NCBI GenBank assembly: GCA_963804915.1
Contig: CAWDSI010000014.1
Coordinates: 70,975-134,974 of the forward strand
Length of the DNA stretch: 64,000 nt
Source of the DNA: an uncultured Acidobacteriota bacterium
GTDB lineage: Bacteria; Acidobacteriota; Thermoanaerobaculia; UBA5066; Gp7-AA6
Direction: 5' to 3'
A model generated the notes under the pieces. That model did not search any database. It saw nothing but the letters and a program-made list of their open reading frames with translations, and was not told where the DNA came from. A program made the translations under genes and the position numbers. This document shows positions 38,051 through 46,911 of this stretch, piece by piece; the first letter of the stretch is position 1, and each line of letters begins with the position of its first letter.

Positions 38051-40495
38051 TCAGGCTCGGCTCGCGGACTCCGAGCGGCGTGCCCGCAACGCCGCGCCCA
38101 GAACGACGACCGTCGCGAGCGAGACGAGCCCACCCCAGCGAAAAGACATCGGGCGGTAGCGCCGCTCGATCACGTGACGCCCCGCGGGAAGGTAAACGGC
38201 CCCGAAGGCCGAGTTGGCCGGCACGATCGGGGCCTCCCGGCCGTCCACCTCCACTCTCCAGCCCGGCACCAGCGGCTCGGAAAAAACGAGATACGCGGCG
38301 CTCGAGGTCTCGGCGCGCACCGTCGACCTCGTCGGCCCGGCGGAGACGACGTCGAGCTTGGAGACCGCCGCCGGGCCGCTCGGGGAAGCCGGTCCGGATC
38401 CTTCGAGCGCGACGTGTCGGCGCGGGTCGAATCCCGGAGACGCGATGGCGGCGCGGGCCTGTTCGGCCGAGGAGACGTATTTCCAGTAGTGCACGAGTCC
38501 GGTGCGCGGTGCGGCCCGGTCGTTGACGTAGACGAAGAACGAGCGATTACTGGCGTTCTGCAGCTCCCCCAGCAATTTCCAACCGTCGAGTTGGAGCGGT
38601 TCGTCCGAAATCGCGGCGCGGACGGACGCCGCCGACAAGACGGAAGCCCGACGATCCCAGGGAAGCGACCGGACAAACCGCGTCAGATCCGTCATCCGAG
38701 CCGGCGCCAGGCCATCGAAGTCGTCGTGGAAGACGACCGGGAGATCGAACGCCGCGCCTGTGTAGAAGGCGAGCGTCTCTTTGTTCCAGGCGTAAAGCCA
38801 CTCGATCCGATTGGACGGCGCCCGCTGGATCAGCCCCGGCGGATCCTCGGCTCGGAACACGCGTCCCTCCCCGAGCACTCGATGGACCGCCGCCGCCGCC
38901 GGCGGTTCCTTTGTCAGGAAGTCCCGGGAGACGCTGGGGTTGACGTCCCGGCCGGCCCAGAGCAGCTCGGCCGCCACGACCGCGGTCAGGAGGGGAATCG
39001 CCCGGGGACCGAGCCGACCGCGCCATGCGAAGACCGCGGACGCGAGGGCGGTGAAGAGTGCGGTCCGCCCGAGCGCCGAGGCCAGGCCGATCCGGGCAGG
39101 CTCCGAGACGTCGATGAACAGGAGCCGCTGAAGTGCCGCACCCGCGGCCGTCCCGGCGAAGAGAAGCGCCGCGCCGCCCGCCAGCAGGAGCGTGCTGGAG
39201 CCGAGGATGAACGCGATCGTCCGGGCGGAGCTTCCGGGCCGGTCCGGCCGCAGGAGTGCGCGCTCCGCGCCGTCCGCCGCCAGAAGCGCGATGGCCAGCC
39301 CGGTCGGGACGAGAAACTTGACGGGGTATCGAAAGAGCCCGCCCACGGACCAGAGTCTCTCCAGCCACGCCACGGGGAGAAACCGTCCGAGCGAAAGAAT
39401 CAAACCGAGAACGGCGGTGCCGGCGAGAAAGCGGCGGGTTCGCATCGACAGCGGCCCGTCCGGGCGGCGCGAGATCGCCGACGACGCCGCGAGGCAAAGG
39501 ACGGTCATTCCGAAGAACACCGACAGCAGATATGGAAAACCCTCGTCCTCGAATCGGGATCCCCAGTAGTCCGCCGGATCGAGAGTGTGCACCCGCCCGA
39601 AGTAACCGGACACGCCCAGCTCCGGCAGGCGCCGCGGAGACAGCGACCAGACGGCGGCCTGGGCCGAGGAGAACCGGCGGCCGCGTTCCGACGACGCGAC
39701 CATCTCCGCCGCCGGAAGCACCTGGATCGCCGCGAGCCCGACCGCCGCGGCGCCGAGCAGTGCGGCCGCAAGGACCTGCCGTCGCAGCGGCCGCCCGGCC
39801 GGGCCCGGGGGATCCACGAGCCCCCAGACGACGGCCAGGAGGAACGAAACGAGAAAGAACTCCGGCGAGCCGGCCAGAAGCTGGAGCGCCCCGGCCACCG
39901 CGGCGGCGACGAACCAGCCGCGCCGTCCCTCTCGAAGGTAGAGGCGCCAGAAGAGGAGCAGCAGAATCAAGTGTGGCAGGGCGACGAGCCGATTGAAGAG
40001 GTTGCCGAGCGCGAGGACCACGCCGCTTCCGACGAGCGCCACGCCGGCGAAGACGGCTCCCGCCGGCGAGAGACCGAGCGAGCGCGCGAGGAGGTAGGCG
40101 GCGGTCGCGACCAGCGCGAAGTGGAGAGCGATCTCGAGGTTGACGGCCGTCACGACGGGCATCAGAAACGAGAGAACGGCCGTGGGATACAACGCGAGGT
40201 TGTTGACGTTTCCGAGGAACGGCTCTCCCCCGTGCAGAAAGGGATCCCACAGCGGAAGGCCGCCGGCGCGGACGAGATCGACGAGCCTCTGGCGCTGAGG
40301 AAACGTCCAGAGGTACAGGTCCCGGAAGAAATAGGTGCGACCCAGCACCAGCGGAAAAACGGCGAGCCCGAAGGTCGCGACGCCGAGCAGCCAGAGCGAG
40401 CGCTCCTTGAGGAGGGCGCGAATCGATGGCGAGGACGTCGACGCCGAGTCGGAGGTCCCCGCCCGCGCGGAGTCGTCTCGCATCCTCCGCTCCAT
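38051..40495 (-). CDS. YfhO-family polytopic membrane protein (putative glycosyl-transfer or flippase-associated)
   Basis: The N-terminal pattern FFRDLYLWTFPQRQRLVDLVRAGGLPLWDPFLHGGEPFLGNVNNLALYP is typical of YfhO. At least 12 hydrophobic segments, then a large C-terminal extracytoplasmic domain and a terminal TM. Confidence 0.72.
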   Translation of the reverse strand: MERRMRDDSARAGTSDSASTSSPSIRALLKERSLWLLGVATFGLAVFPLVLGRTYFFRDLYLWTFPQRQRLVDLVRAGGLPLWDPFLHGGEPFLGNVNNLALYPTAVLSFLMPVVTAVNLEIALHFALVATAAYLLARSLGLSPAGAVFAGVALVGSGVVLALGNLFNRLVALPHLILLLLFWRLYLREGRRGWFVAAAVAGALQLLAGSPEFFLVSFLLAVVWGLVDPPGPAGRPLRRQVLAAALLGAAAVGLAAIQVLPAAEMVASSERGRRFSSAQAAVWSLSPRRLPELGVSGYFGRVHTLDPADYWGSRFEDEGFPYLLSVFFGMTVLCLAASSAISRRPDGPLSMRTRRFLAGTAVLGLILSLGRFLPVAWLERLWSVGGLFRYPVKFLVPTGLAIALLAADGAERALLRPDRPGSSARTIAFILGSSTLLLAGGAALLFAGTAAGAALQRLLFIDVSEPARIGLASALGRTALFTALASAVFAWRGRLGPRAIPLLTAVVAAELLWAGRDVNPSVSRDFLTKEPPAAAAVHRVLGEGRVFRAEDPPGLIQRAPSNRIEWLYAWNKETLAFYTGAAFDLPVVFHDDFDGLAPARMTDLTRFVRSLPWDRRASVLSAASVRAAISDEPLQLDGWKLLGELQNASNRSFFVYVNDRAAPRTGLVHYWKYVSSAEQARAAIASPGFDPRRHVALEGSGPASPSGPAAVSKLDVVSAGPTRSTVRAETSSAAYLVFSEPLVPGWRVEVDGREAPIVPANSAFGAVYLPAGRHVIERRYRPMSFRWGGLVSLATVVVLGAALRARRSESASRA

Positions 40496-40523
40496 TCTAC
40501 GCTCGGGGAAAAGGCTCTTTCGG

Positions 40524-40760
40524 CTATTCCTGACCGTCGCTGCCGATCGCCTCGACGGGGCAGGAATCCATGGCCTCCTGGCAGCGGGCCTCCTGGTCCG
40601 GAGTCACCGGCTGATGCGACACGTAGGAATAGCCCCGGTCTTCGTTCCGCTGGAAATTGTCCGGAGCGGTGACGCGACAGACGTCGCAGTCGATGCACTG
40701 GCTGTCGACGTAGTACTTTCCCGGGACGGTTTCGGCGACTTTGTCCTTCCGGTCGGCCAT
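40524..40760 (-). CDS. small 4Fe-4S ferredoxin
   Basis: The YYVDSQCIDCDVCRVTAPDNF ... CQEAMDSCPVEAI cysteine pattern of single-cluster ferredoxins. Confidence 0.85.
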   Translation of the reverse strand: MADRKDKVAETVPGKYYVDSQCIDCDVCRVTAPDNFQRNEDRGYSYVSHQPVTPDQEARCQEAMDSCPVEAIGSDGQE

Positions 40761-40844
40761 GAGGGCGGGAAGTTAGCACAGCCTCAAATGAACGTTGGGT
40801 CAAGGGCGGACCGCGCCGAAACGGGCCGCGCTAGACTGCCCGGC

Positions 40845-41252
40845 GTGTCTCCCCGGCGCATCGTGGTGCTCCTTCTGGCAGGCCTCGCCGCGGGCGTCGC
40901 GGCCGCGTGCAACAACGCACCGCTGCCGGAAAGCGCCCGGGCGGGACGGGACGAGGCGGCGGGCCGCCGGATTTTCCAGCGCAAGTGCGCCTCCTGCCAC
41001 GCGCCGAACGGAGACGGAAAGACGATCGTCGCGGGGCACTTTCCCTACGCCAATCTCATCGACGGCCGGTGGCGCTCCGACGGGAGCGCCGCCGCGATCG
41101 AGCTGCAGATCCGCGACGGCCGCGACCCCATGCCCAAGTTCGAAGGTAAACTGACCGACGAGGAGATCCGGCAGACCGTGGCCTACGTCCAGGCGTTGTC
41201 CCGCGCGGCCGAGAGCCGCGGCCCCGAGTCCGGCGCCGGCGCCGCGCCTTGA
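40845..41252 (+). CDS. class I c-type cytochrome lipoprotein
   Basis: The GTG start gives VSPRRIVVLLLAGLAAGVAAAC (lipobox). Single CASCH heme motif. Distal Met region DPMPKF. Confidence 0.72.
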   Translation: MSPRRIVVLLLAGLAAGVAAACNNAPLPESARAGRDEAAGRRIFQRKCASCHAPNGDGKTIVAGHFPYANLIDGRWRSDGSAAAIELQIRDGRDPMPKFEGKLTDEEIRQTVAYVQALSRAAESRGPESGAGAAP

Positions 41253-41908
41253 CGGCGTCCCTGGGCGCGTCCCGCCGCATCCCCCTCTTCCCGCTCCCGG
41301 GCGTCGTCCTGATGCCCGGCACGATGCTCCCGCTCCACATTTTCGAGCCCCGCTACCGGGCCATGGTCGCCGACGCGCTCGCCGGAGACCGGACGATCGG
41401 CATGGCGATGCTGTACCCGGGATGGGAAGCGGGCGGCGACGATCCGCGGATCTACGCGGTGGGCGGCGCCGGCGAGATCGTGGAGTCCGAGGAGCTCGAG
41501 GACGGCCGTTACAACATCCTCCTCGAGGGGCGCTTCCGCTACCGCGTGATCGAAGAAACGCCCGCGAATCCCTACCGCATCGCTCGTGTCGAGGAGGTTC
41601 GCTCGGTCCCGTTCCCCGACCCCGACGAGGAGCAGCGGGTCACACGGGCCGCGGCCGCGCTCTTCGGCAACGTCTCCCGAGAGCTCGAGCTGCCGCCGCT
41701 GCCCGACGAGGTTTTCTCCCCCGAGCGTCTGGCCTCGGAAATCGCGCTCCGGCTGCGCTACACGCCCCCGGAGCTCCAGGCGATGCTCGAGACCGATTCG
41801 CTGGCCTCGCGCTTCGAGGCGCTGACGGGACGGATGCTCGAATGGAAGGGCCGCGTGCAGTTCCTGGCGCCCTTCCGCCCGACGGATCTCGATCCAAGGC
41901 AGAATTGA
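41249..41908 (+). CDS. stand-alone LON N-terminal (substrate-binding) domain protein
   Basis: IPLFPLPGVVLMPGTMLPLHIFEPRYRAMV, as in the Lon N-domain / PUA-like fold. No AAA or protease domain. The TTG start overlaps the cytochrome c stop (TTGA). Confidence 0.82.
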   Translation: MTASLGASRRIPLFPLPGVVLMPGTMLPLHIFEPRYRAMVADALAGDRTIGMAMLYPGWEAGGDDPRIYAVGGAGEIVESEELEDGRYNILLEGRFRYRVIEETPANPYRIARVEEVRSVPFPDPDEEQRVTRAAAALFGNVSRELELPPLPDEVFSPERLASEIALRLRYTPPELQAMLETDSLASRFEALTGRMLEWKGRVQFLAPFRPTDLDPRQN

Positions 41909-41942
41909 CGAGCGACGCGCGCTTCGCGCGCCTTCGCTCGTC
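41907..41942. terminator. GC-rich hairpin overlapping the stop codon of the LON-N gene
   Basis: gacgagcga (41907-41915) pairs with tcgctcgtc (41934-41942). An inner cgcgcg / cgcgcg stem has a 3-nt loop. It lies between convergent genes. Confidence 0.5.
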
Positions 41943-42029
41943 ATCCCGAGGGCCGAAGGCCCGAGGGATCCCGTCACTGAACGGCGCCTTCGCTCGTCAT
42001 CCCGAGGGCCGAAGGCCCGAGGGATCCCG
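41930..42029. repeat. two identical 44-nt REP-like units (gccttcgctcgtcatcccgagggccgaaggcccgagggatcccg), period 56 nt
   Basis: Copy 1 at 41930-41973, copy 2 at 41986-42029. Each unit contains an internal atccc..ggcc-gaa-ggcc..gggat hairpin. Intergenic between convergent genes. Confidence 0.85.
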
Positions 42030-42052
42030 ACTCTCGCCACCGACCCGCGGCG

Positions 42053-42505
42053 CTACCGCCTCCGCGTCGACACCGCCTCCAGGAACGTCGGCTCGAACGC
42101 CGCCACTTTCCAGCCGTCCGCCGTCTTCTTCATCGTGACGACGTGTCGGAAGGTCGCCGCCATCGACGATGCGAACCCGGACGTCTGGCCGGGAGGGTCG
42201 AAGGACACGATCTGCCCCATCGTCAGCCGCACCTCGCCGCCGGGAGACTCCGCTCGCGATTCCAGCGTCGTCCGGGAATTCCCGAGGGCTTCCATCGGCG
42301 CGTGGCAGACGCCCCGGAGGATGTGCGTCTCGACGGCCTTCTTCGCCGCCTCTCCGTCGGTCATGGCGGCCGCCGCCGGAGTGTCCTCCTTCGCCCAGGC
42401 GCGCAGAAACTCGCGGCAGGCCCGGACGGGAGCATCCACGACGGCGTAGCGATAGGCGACGACCCCGCCTCCCGCCAGGAGGAGGAGCAGAAGAATCCTT
42501 TTCAA
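42053..42505 (-). CDS. hypothetical membrane-anchored or secreted protein
   Basis: N-terminal hydrophobic anchor MKRILLLLLLAGGGVVAY. Coherent non-repetitive sequence. Starts 8 nt after the AAA+ gene stop on the same strand. No motif recognised. Confidence 0.55.
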   Translation of the reverse strand: MKRILLLLLLAGGGVVAYRYAVVDAPVRACREFLRAWAKEDTPAAAAMTDGEAAKKAVETHILRGVCHAPMEALGNSRTTLESRAESPGGEVRLTMGQIVSFDPPGQTSGFASSMAATFRHVVTMKKTADGWKVAAFEPTFLEAVSTRRR

Positions 42506-42512
42506 GGAGGCG

Positions 42513-43967
42513 CTACTGCGACGCGTTGAGCGCGCGTTCGTGGGCCCAGCTGCGGATGGCCTTGATCTGCTCCTCCATCGTCACGGCGAGAGGCACCGTC
42601 GCCGAGATCATCCGATAGAGGTCGTCCTCCGTCAGCGAGCGGTTTTCCGCGTAGGCGTCCACGACGGCCGAGACCACGGCCTGCTCGATCTCGGCGCCGT
42701 TCCAGCCGTTGGTCGCCTTGGCCAGGAACACGAGATCGAAGCGCCCGACGTCCATCTTGCTCTTCTTGAGGTGGATGCCGAAGATCTGCTTGCGCTCTTC
42801 CTCGTTCGGCAGGTCGACGAAGAAGACCTGGTCGAAACGGCCCTTGCGGATGATCTCCGCGGGCAGCAGGTGGATGCGGTTGGCCGTCGCCGCCACGAAG
42901 ACGAGCGCGGCCTTCTCCTGCATCCACGTCAGGAATCCCGAGAAGATGCGCGACATCGAGGCGTCCTGGCCTTCCCGGTACCCGCCGACGCCCATCTCGA
43001 TCTCGTCGATCCAGAGAACGGCCGGCGAGACGGCTTCGACGGCGCGCAACGCCCGGAGAAACGTCATCTCCGCGTTGTCCGTCCCGAAGACCGCATTCAT
43101 GTCGAGGCGGAAGAGCGGCAGGTTCCAGAGCGTGGAGATCGTCTTGACGCAGAGGCTCTTGCCGCAGCCCGAGATCCCCATCAGCAGGATGCCCTTCGGG
43201 ATCGGGATGCCGGCCTCGATCGCGTCCCGCGAGAAAAGCGCCTGCCGCTTCAGCAGCCATGTCTTCAGGACGGCGTATCCGCCGATGTCGTCCAGCGAGA
43301 AGCGGGGCGGCACGAATTCGAGCACGCCCTCCTTCCGCGACATCTGCTCCTTCTCGGCGAGGATCTCGAGGAACGCGGCCTCGTCGAAAGTCTTTCTCGC
43401 GGCGAAGACCTTGGAGACGACGTGCCCGATCTCGTCGGCCGTCAGGCCTCGCATCGCGAGGGCGAGGCGGCGCATCGCGGGCTCGTCGATGTCGATCCCG
43501 AGGCGCCGGCGCAGGTGCGCTTCGAGGATCTTGGAGATCTCGGCGTCGTCGGGCAGCTCGTACTCGACGACGTAGATCTCCTTCTTGGCGTCCTCCGGGA
43601 TCGCCAGGCGCGGCGAGACGAAGAGCACGTGGCGCCCCCGCTCCTTCAGCGCGCGATAGAGGTCGCGGATGCGCCGGATGATCTCCGGACGGCCGTCGCC
43701 GGCGGTCGGGAAATCCTTCATCAGGTAGAAGCCCTTGCCGCTCGCGGCGAGGATCGTCTCGAGCGCTTTCAGGGGATCCTGCGAGCCCGGCACCGGGTTT
43801 CCGTCGACGACGAGTCCATCCACCACCGACCACACGCCGTAGGTCGCGGGCGCGCCGTAGAACGTCTTCGCGAGATGCTGCGCGAAGCGCTCGACTCGCG
43901 CCTCCTCCCACGTCAGGACGTAGAGCAGCGGATGGCCTCCGAGGAGGGCCTTGCGAATCCGATCCAT
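42513..43967 (-). CDS. AAA+ ATPase, Ycf46-like family
   Basis: C-terminal AAA module: PKGILLMGISGCGKSL (Walker A), VLWIDEIE (Walker B), FLTWMQEK..VFVAATAN..LPAEIIRKGRFDQVFFVDLP, SGAEIEQ. About 230-aa N-terminal domain. Start set at the ATG at 43967, with an alternative GTG at 44012. The ORF-track extension to 44978 is antisense shadow of the pentapeptide gene. Confidence 0.85.
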   Translation of the reverse strand: MDRIRKALLGGHPLLYVLTWEEARVERFAQHLAKTFYGAPATYGVWSVVDGLVVDGNPVPGSQDPLKALETILAASGKGFYLMKDFPTAGDGRPEIIRRIRDLYRALKERGRHVLFVSPRLAIPEDAKKEIYVVEYELPDDAEISKILEAHLRRRLGIDIDEPAMRRLALAMRGLTADEIGHVVSKVFAARKTFDEAAFLEILAEKEQMSRKEGVLEFVPPRFSLDDIGGYAVLKTWLLKRQALFSRDAIEAGIPIPKGILLMGISGCGKSLCVKTISTLWNLPLFRLDMNAVFGTDNAEMTFLRALRAVEAVSPAVLWIDEIEMGVGGYREGQDASMSRIFSGFLTWMQEKAALVFVAATANRIHLLPAEIIRKGRFDQVFFVDLPNEEERKQIFGIHLKKSKMDVGRFDLVFLAKATNGWNGAEIEQAVVSAVVDAYAENRSLTEDDLYRMISATVPLAVTMEEQIKAIRSWAHERALNASQ

Positions 43968-44064
43968 CGCCTTCGTCGGCGCGGCAATCGGCGTCGTCGT
44001 CGCGGTGCTCACTGCGAGGGATTGTAACGCGCCTTCCGCGCCGGGCCGGTTACAATGGCCGCAG

Positions 44065-45507
44065 ATGGCCAATCCCGAACACTTGCGGATCCTTCTCACA
44101 CCCGAGTGGAACGACTGGCGCGCGAAGAATCCGAACGTGACTCCGGATCTGACCGGCGCCGACCTCACGGGCAAGGACATCTCCGGCAAAGATCTCAAGC
44201 GCGCCGACCTGACCCGCGCCGACCTCTCGCGCGCCACGCTTTCGGGCACGGACCTCTCGCGCGCGACGCTGCGCAACGCGAAGTTCGCGGAGATGCAGGC
44301 GCCCGGCGCCATCTTCGAGCACTGCGCCCTCGACTTCCTGGACTTCTCCAAAGTCTTCTTCGCAGGCGTGCGGTTGCGTTCGGCTTCGCTCCAGAGCACC
44401 TCTTTCGTCGGGGCGGATCTCGCCGGCGCCGACCTCTCGTTCACGCGGCTCGAGGGCGCCGACATCTCGGGGGCGAACCTCGCCGGCGCGAACCTGCGCG
44501 ACGTCAACTTCCGCGGCGTCAAGGTCGGCGGCGCCCACTTCGACGGCGCGGACCTCTCGCGCGCCGTCCTCGAGGGGGTCTCGGCCGTCCGGGGCTCCTT
44601 CCCGAACGCGAACTTCACGGGCGCCAACCTGAAGACGGCGGACCTCACGGGCGCGGACCTGCGCAAGGCCAACTTCTCCGGTTCGATCCTCCGCCAGGCC
44701 GCCATGAACGCCGCCGACTGCGAACGGGCCGATTTCACCGACGCCGACATGGAGCTCCTCTCCGCGATCGAGGCCAACTTCACGTCGGCCGGCTTCGACC
44801 GGGCCAAGGTCCGGAAGGCCGACCTCAAGCGCGCGATCTTCCTCGACGCCGGCGGCTCCGACGTGAGCTTCGCGGAATCCAAGCTCACCGAGGTCGACCT
44901 GCGGTCGGCGAAGTTCGAAAAAGCCAACTTCCAGAACGCGGACCTTTCGAAGGCGATCTTCCGCCGCGCGAACCTCAAGCCCTACTCCTTCGTCGGCGCG
45001 ACGTTCTCGAACGCGGACCTCGCCGAGGTGCAGGCGGAAGGCGTCAACTTCCAGCGCGCCGACCTGTCGCTCGGCAGCTTTCGCCTGGCCAACCTCAAGC
45101 GGGCCGACTTCTCGGGCTGCAAGGGGTTCGACGTGGACCTCTCGGGCTCGCTTCTGATCGGAGCCAACTTCTCGAGCGCCAACCTCCAGGAGGCCGACCT
45201 GCGATTCGCCCGGGCGATCGGAGCGAATTTCACCGGCGCCGACCTCAAGGGCGCAGACCTCGCCAACTCCGACTTCTCGGAGGCCGTCTTCAAGAAGACG
45301 AAGTTCTGGGGGGCGACCGCGCGTCGGGCCAAGCCGCCCAAGGGAAAGGGGCTTCTCTTCTCGCTCTCGACGTCCTTCTCCAAGGCCAAGGAGAAGAAGA
45401 CGAAAGCCGCAGACGAGAAGGAGTCCAAGCGTCAGAAGCGGATCGCCGAGCTCGAGGCCGAGGCTTCGAAGAAAGCGCCGCACCTCACCGGCCGGCGCAA
45501 GAGCTGA
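44065..45507 (+). CDS. pentapeptide-repeat protein (480 aa) with Lys-rich C-terminal tail
   Basis: Starts MANPEHLRILLTPEWNDWRAKNPNVTPDLTGADLTG. Dozens of A(D/N)LxG/R pentapeptides follow (ADLSRATLSGTDLSRATLRNAKF...). The tail is KAKEKKTKAADEKESKRQKRIAELEAEASKK. Confidence 0.88.
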   Translation: MANPEHLRILLTPEWNDWRAKNPNVTPDLTGADLTGKDISGKDLKRADLTRADLSRATLSGTDLSRATLRNAKFAEMQAPGAIFEHCALDFLDFSKVFFAGVRLRSASLQSTSFVGADLAGADLSFTRLEGADISGANLAGANLRDVNFRGVKVGGAHFDGADLSRAVLEGVSAVRGSFPNANFTGANLKTADLTGADLRKANFSGSILRQAAMNAADCERADFTDADMELLSAIEANFTSAGFDRAKVRKADLKRAIFLDAGGSDVSFAESKLTEVDLRSAKFEKANFQNADLSKAIFRRANLKPYSFVGATFSNADLAEVQAEGVNFQRADLSLGSFRLANLKRADFSGCKGFDVDLSGSLLIGANFSSANLQEADLRFARAIGANFTGADLKGADLANSDFSEAVFKKTKFWGATARRAKPPKGKGLLFSLSTSFSKAKEKKTKAADEKESKRQKRIAELEAEASKKAPHLTGRRKS

Positions 45508-45508
45508 C

Positions 45509-45525
45509 GGGCGGACCCTCCGCCC
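45509..45525. terminator. short GC hairpin between convergent genes
   Basis: gggcgga-ccc-tccgccc gives a 7-bp stem, 2 nt after the pentapeptide gene stop. Confidence 0.35.
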
Positions 45526-45555
45526 CGCCGGCGTCCCGGGTCTCGCGCTGAGCGC

Positions 45556-46909
45556 TTAGCGTTTCTTGGTCGGAGCCGGGGTCGGCGGCGAGACGACCCT
45601 CCGGAACGACTTCTGGAGATCTTCGACGACGTCCTTGCGGACGGCGAAGCCGCCGGGACGGCCCGAGACCCGCGCGACCATGTCCGTCGCCCGGGGATGG
45701 AACGCGATCGTCCACGCCGGGACCTTCTGGCCCTTGTTCTTGATGGCGACCGTCGCCGTCGCGGGGTCGAGCGCCTTCGCCGAAGCCTCGTCGACGAACC
45801 TCTGGCTCTTGACGTCCTCGAGCGCCCGCAGAACGTCGTCCGCGGACGCGGCGATGACCGGCCGGCCGCCCGCGGACCAGCCGGCGGCTTCCTGGGCCAG
45901 GGCGAAGGACTCGTCGCCGAACCGGGCATCGACCCCGGCGACGTCCCCGCGATTGAACGCCACGAGCGCCGTGGAGCGGAACGGCTCCGCCTCCTTCGAG
46001 AGCTCGTCGACGATCTCGCGCTCGACGGTGAGCACCTGCCCGTCGCGCCGCGCGTAGACGGTATTCCCGTCGGAGCGCGTCGCGCCGAAGTCGACCGACA
46101 GTGACCACGCCCTTCTCCCCCGTGACGCTGACGCGGTAGAGCGGCGGATTCAGCGAGAGCGCCGCGAGATCCTCGTTCGAATGGATGAAGTCCCGCACGC
46201 GCAGGGCCGTGAGCTCGCCGACGAGACGGTCGGCCGCCGCGCCATCGGCGAGATCGGCGATCGGTGAGGAGATCCACCAGATGCCTTCGCGCCGGGCGAG
46301 CACCAGGCTTCCCTGGCCCCGGCTGATCTCGAGGCGCGTCACCTGCGAGGTGGGTCCGCCGAAGAGCTCCTTGCTCCGGTACTCGTCCGCGGGCCGGCGG
46401 ATCGACGTGAGGAGCGAGGTCGGGATGAACAGCACGCGGCTCTGGCCCGAAACGCGGGCGGCCGTCATGTCGGTCCCCGGCACCGCGCCGCCGAACTCGA
46501 GCGTCCGCGTCTGTTTCGCGGCCGGGTCGTCGGCCTCCGTCCAGACGATCGTCGCCGTGGCCACCGGCTTCTCGAGGCCGAAGGCTTCCGGCTTCGCCTC
46601 GCCGGAGTCGCTGCCGGCGCGCTTGAGGTCGGAGAGCTCCGAGACCAGGCCGTTCACGGCGAACGCGTCCGCCGGATACGGCGCCGGCTTGACCATGCGC
46701 CAGGGGCCGTCGCCGGTACGCTGGAACTCGAGGGTCTCCCCTTCCCGCGTCACGGTGGCCTGCGTCATCCGATCCTCGGGGAGGTCCCAGTAGAGCTCCC
46801 CCTTCCGCTGCCGGTCGGCGGTGGAGGGCATCTTGCGCTCCCAGAGAACGATGAACGCAAAGAGCACCGCCACGACCGCCGTGAGAACGACGAGTTTGCG
46901 CGGCGACAC
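45556..46909 (-). pseudogene. DUF4340-domain protein (accessory to GldG-type ABC system), one +1 frame disruption near 46094-46099
   Basis: N-terminal anchor MSPRKLVVLTAVVAVLFAFIV, then DUF4340-like repeats. The frame switches at ..VSVTGEKGVVTV | VDFGATRSDGNTVYARRDGQVLTVEREIV. Confidence 0.7.
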
Positions 46910-46911
46910 GG

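Noticed and set aside
41930-42029. Possible mini-CRISPR or att site
   Set aside because: There are only two copies separated by 12 nt, with no integrase or cas gene nearby. A REP-like hairpin element explains it better.
43968-45551. N-terminal extension of the AAA+ ORF (to 44978), plus ORFs 44050..45483(-) and 44055..45551(+)
   Set aside because: All are alternative-frame or antisense shadows of the pentapeptide-repeat gene, and their pseudo-repeats mirror its 15-nt periodicity. The AAA+ homology begins at about 43967.
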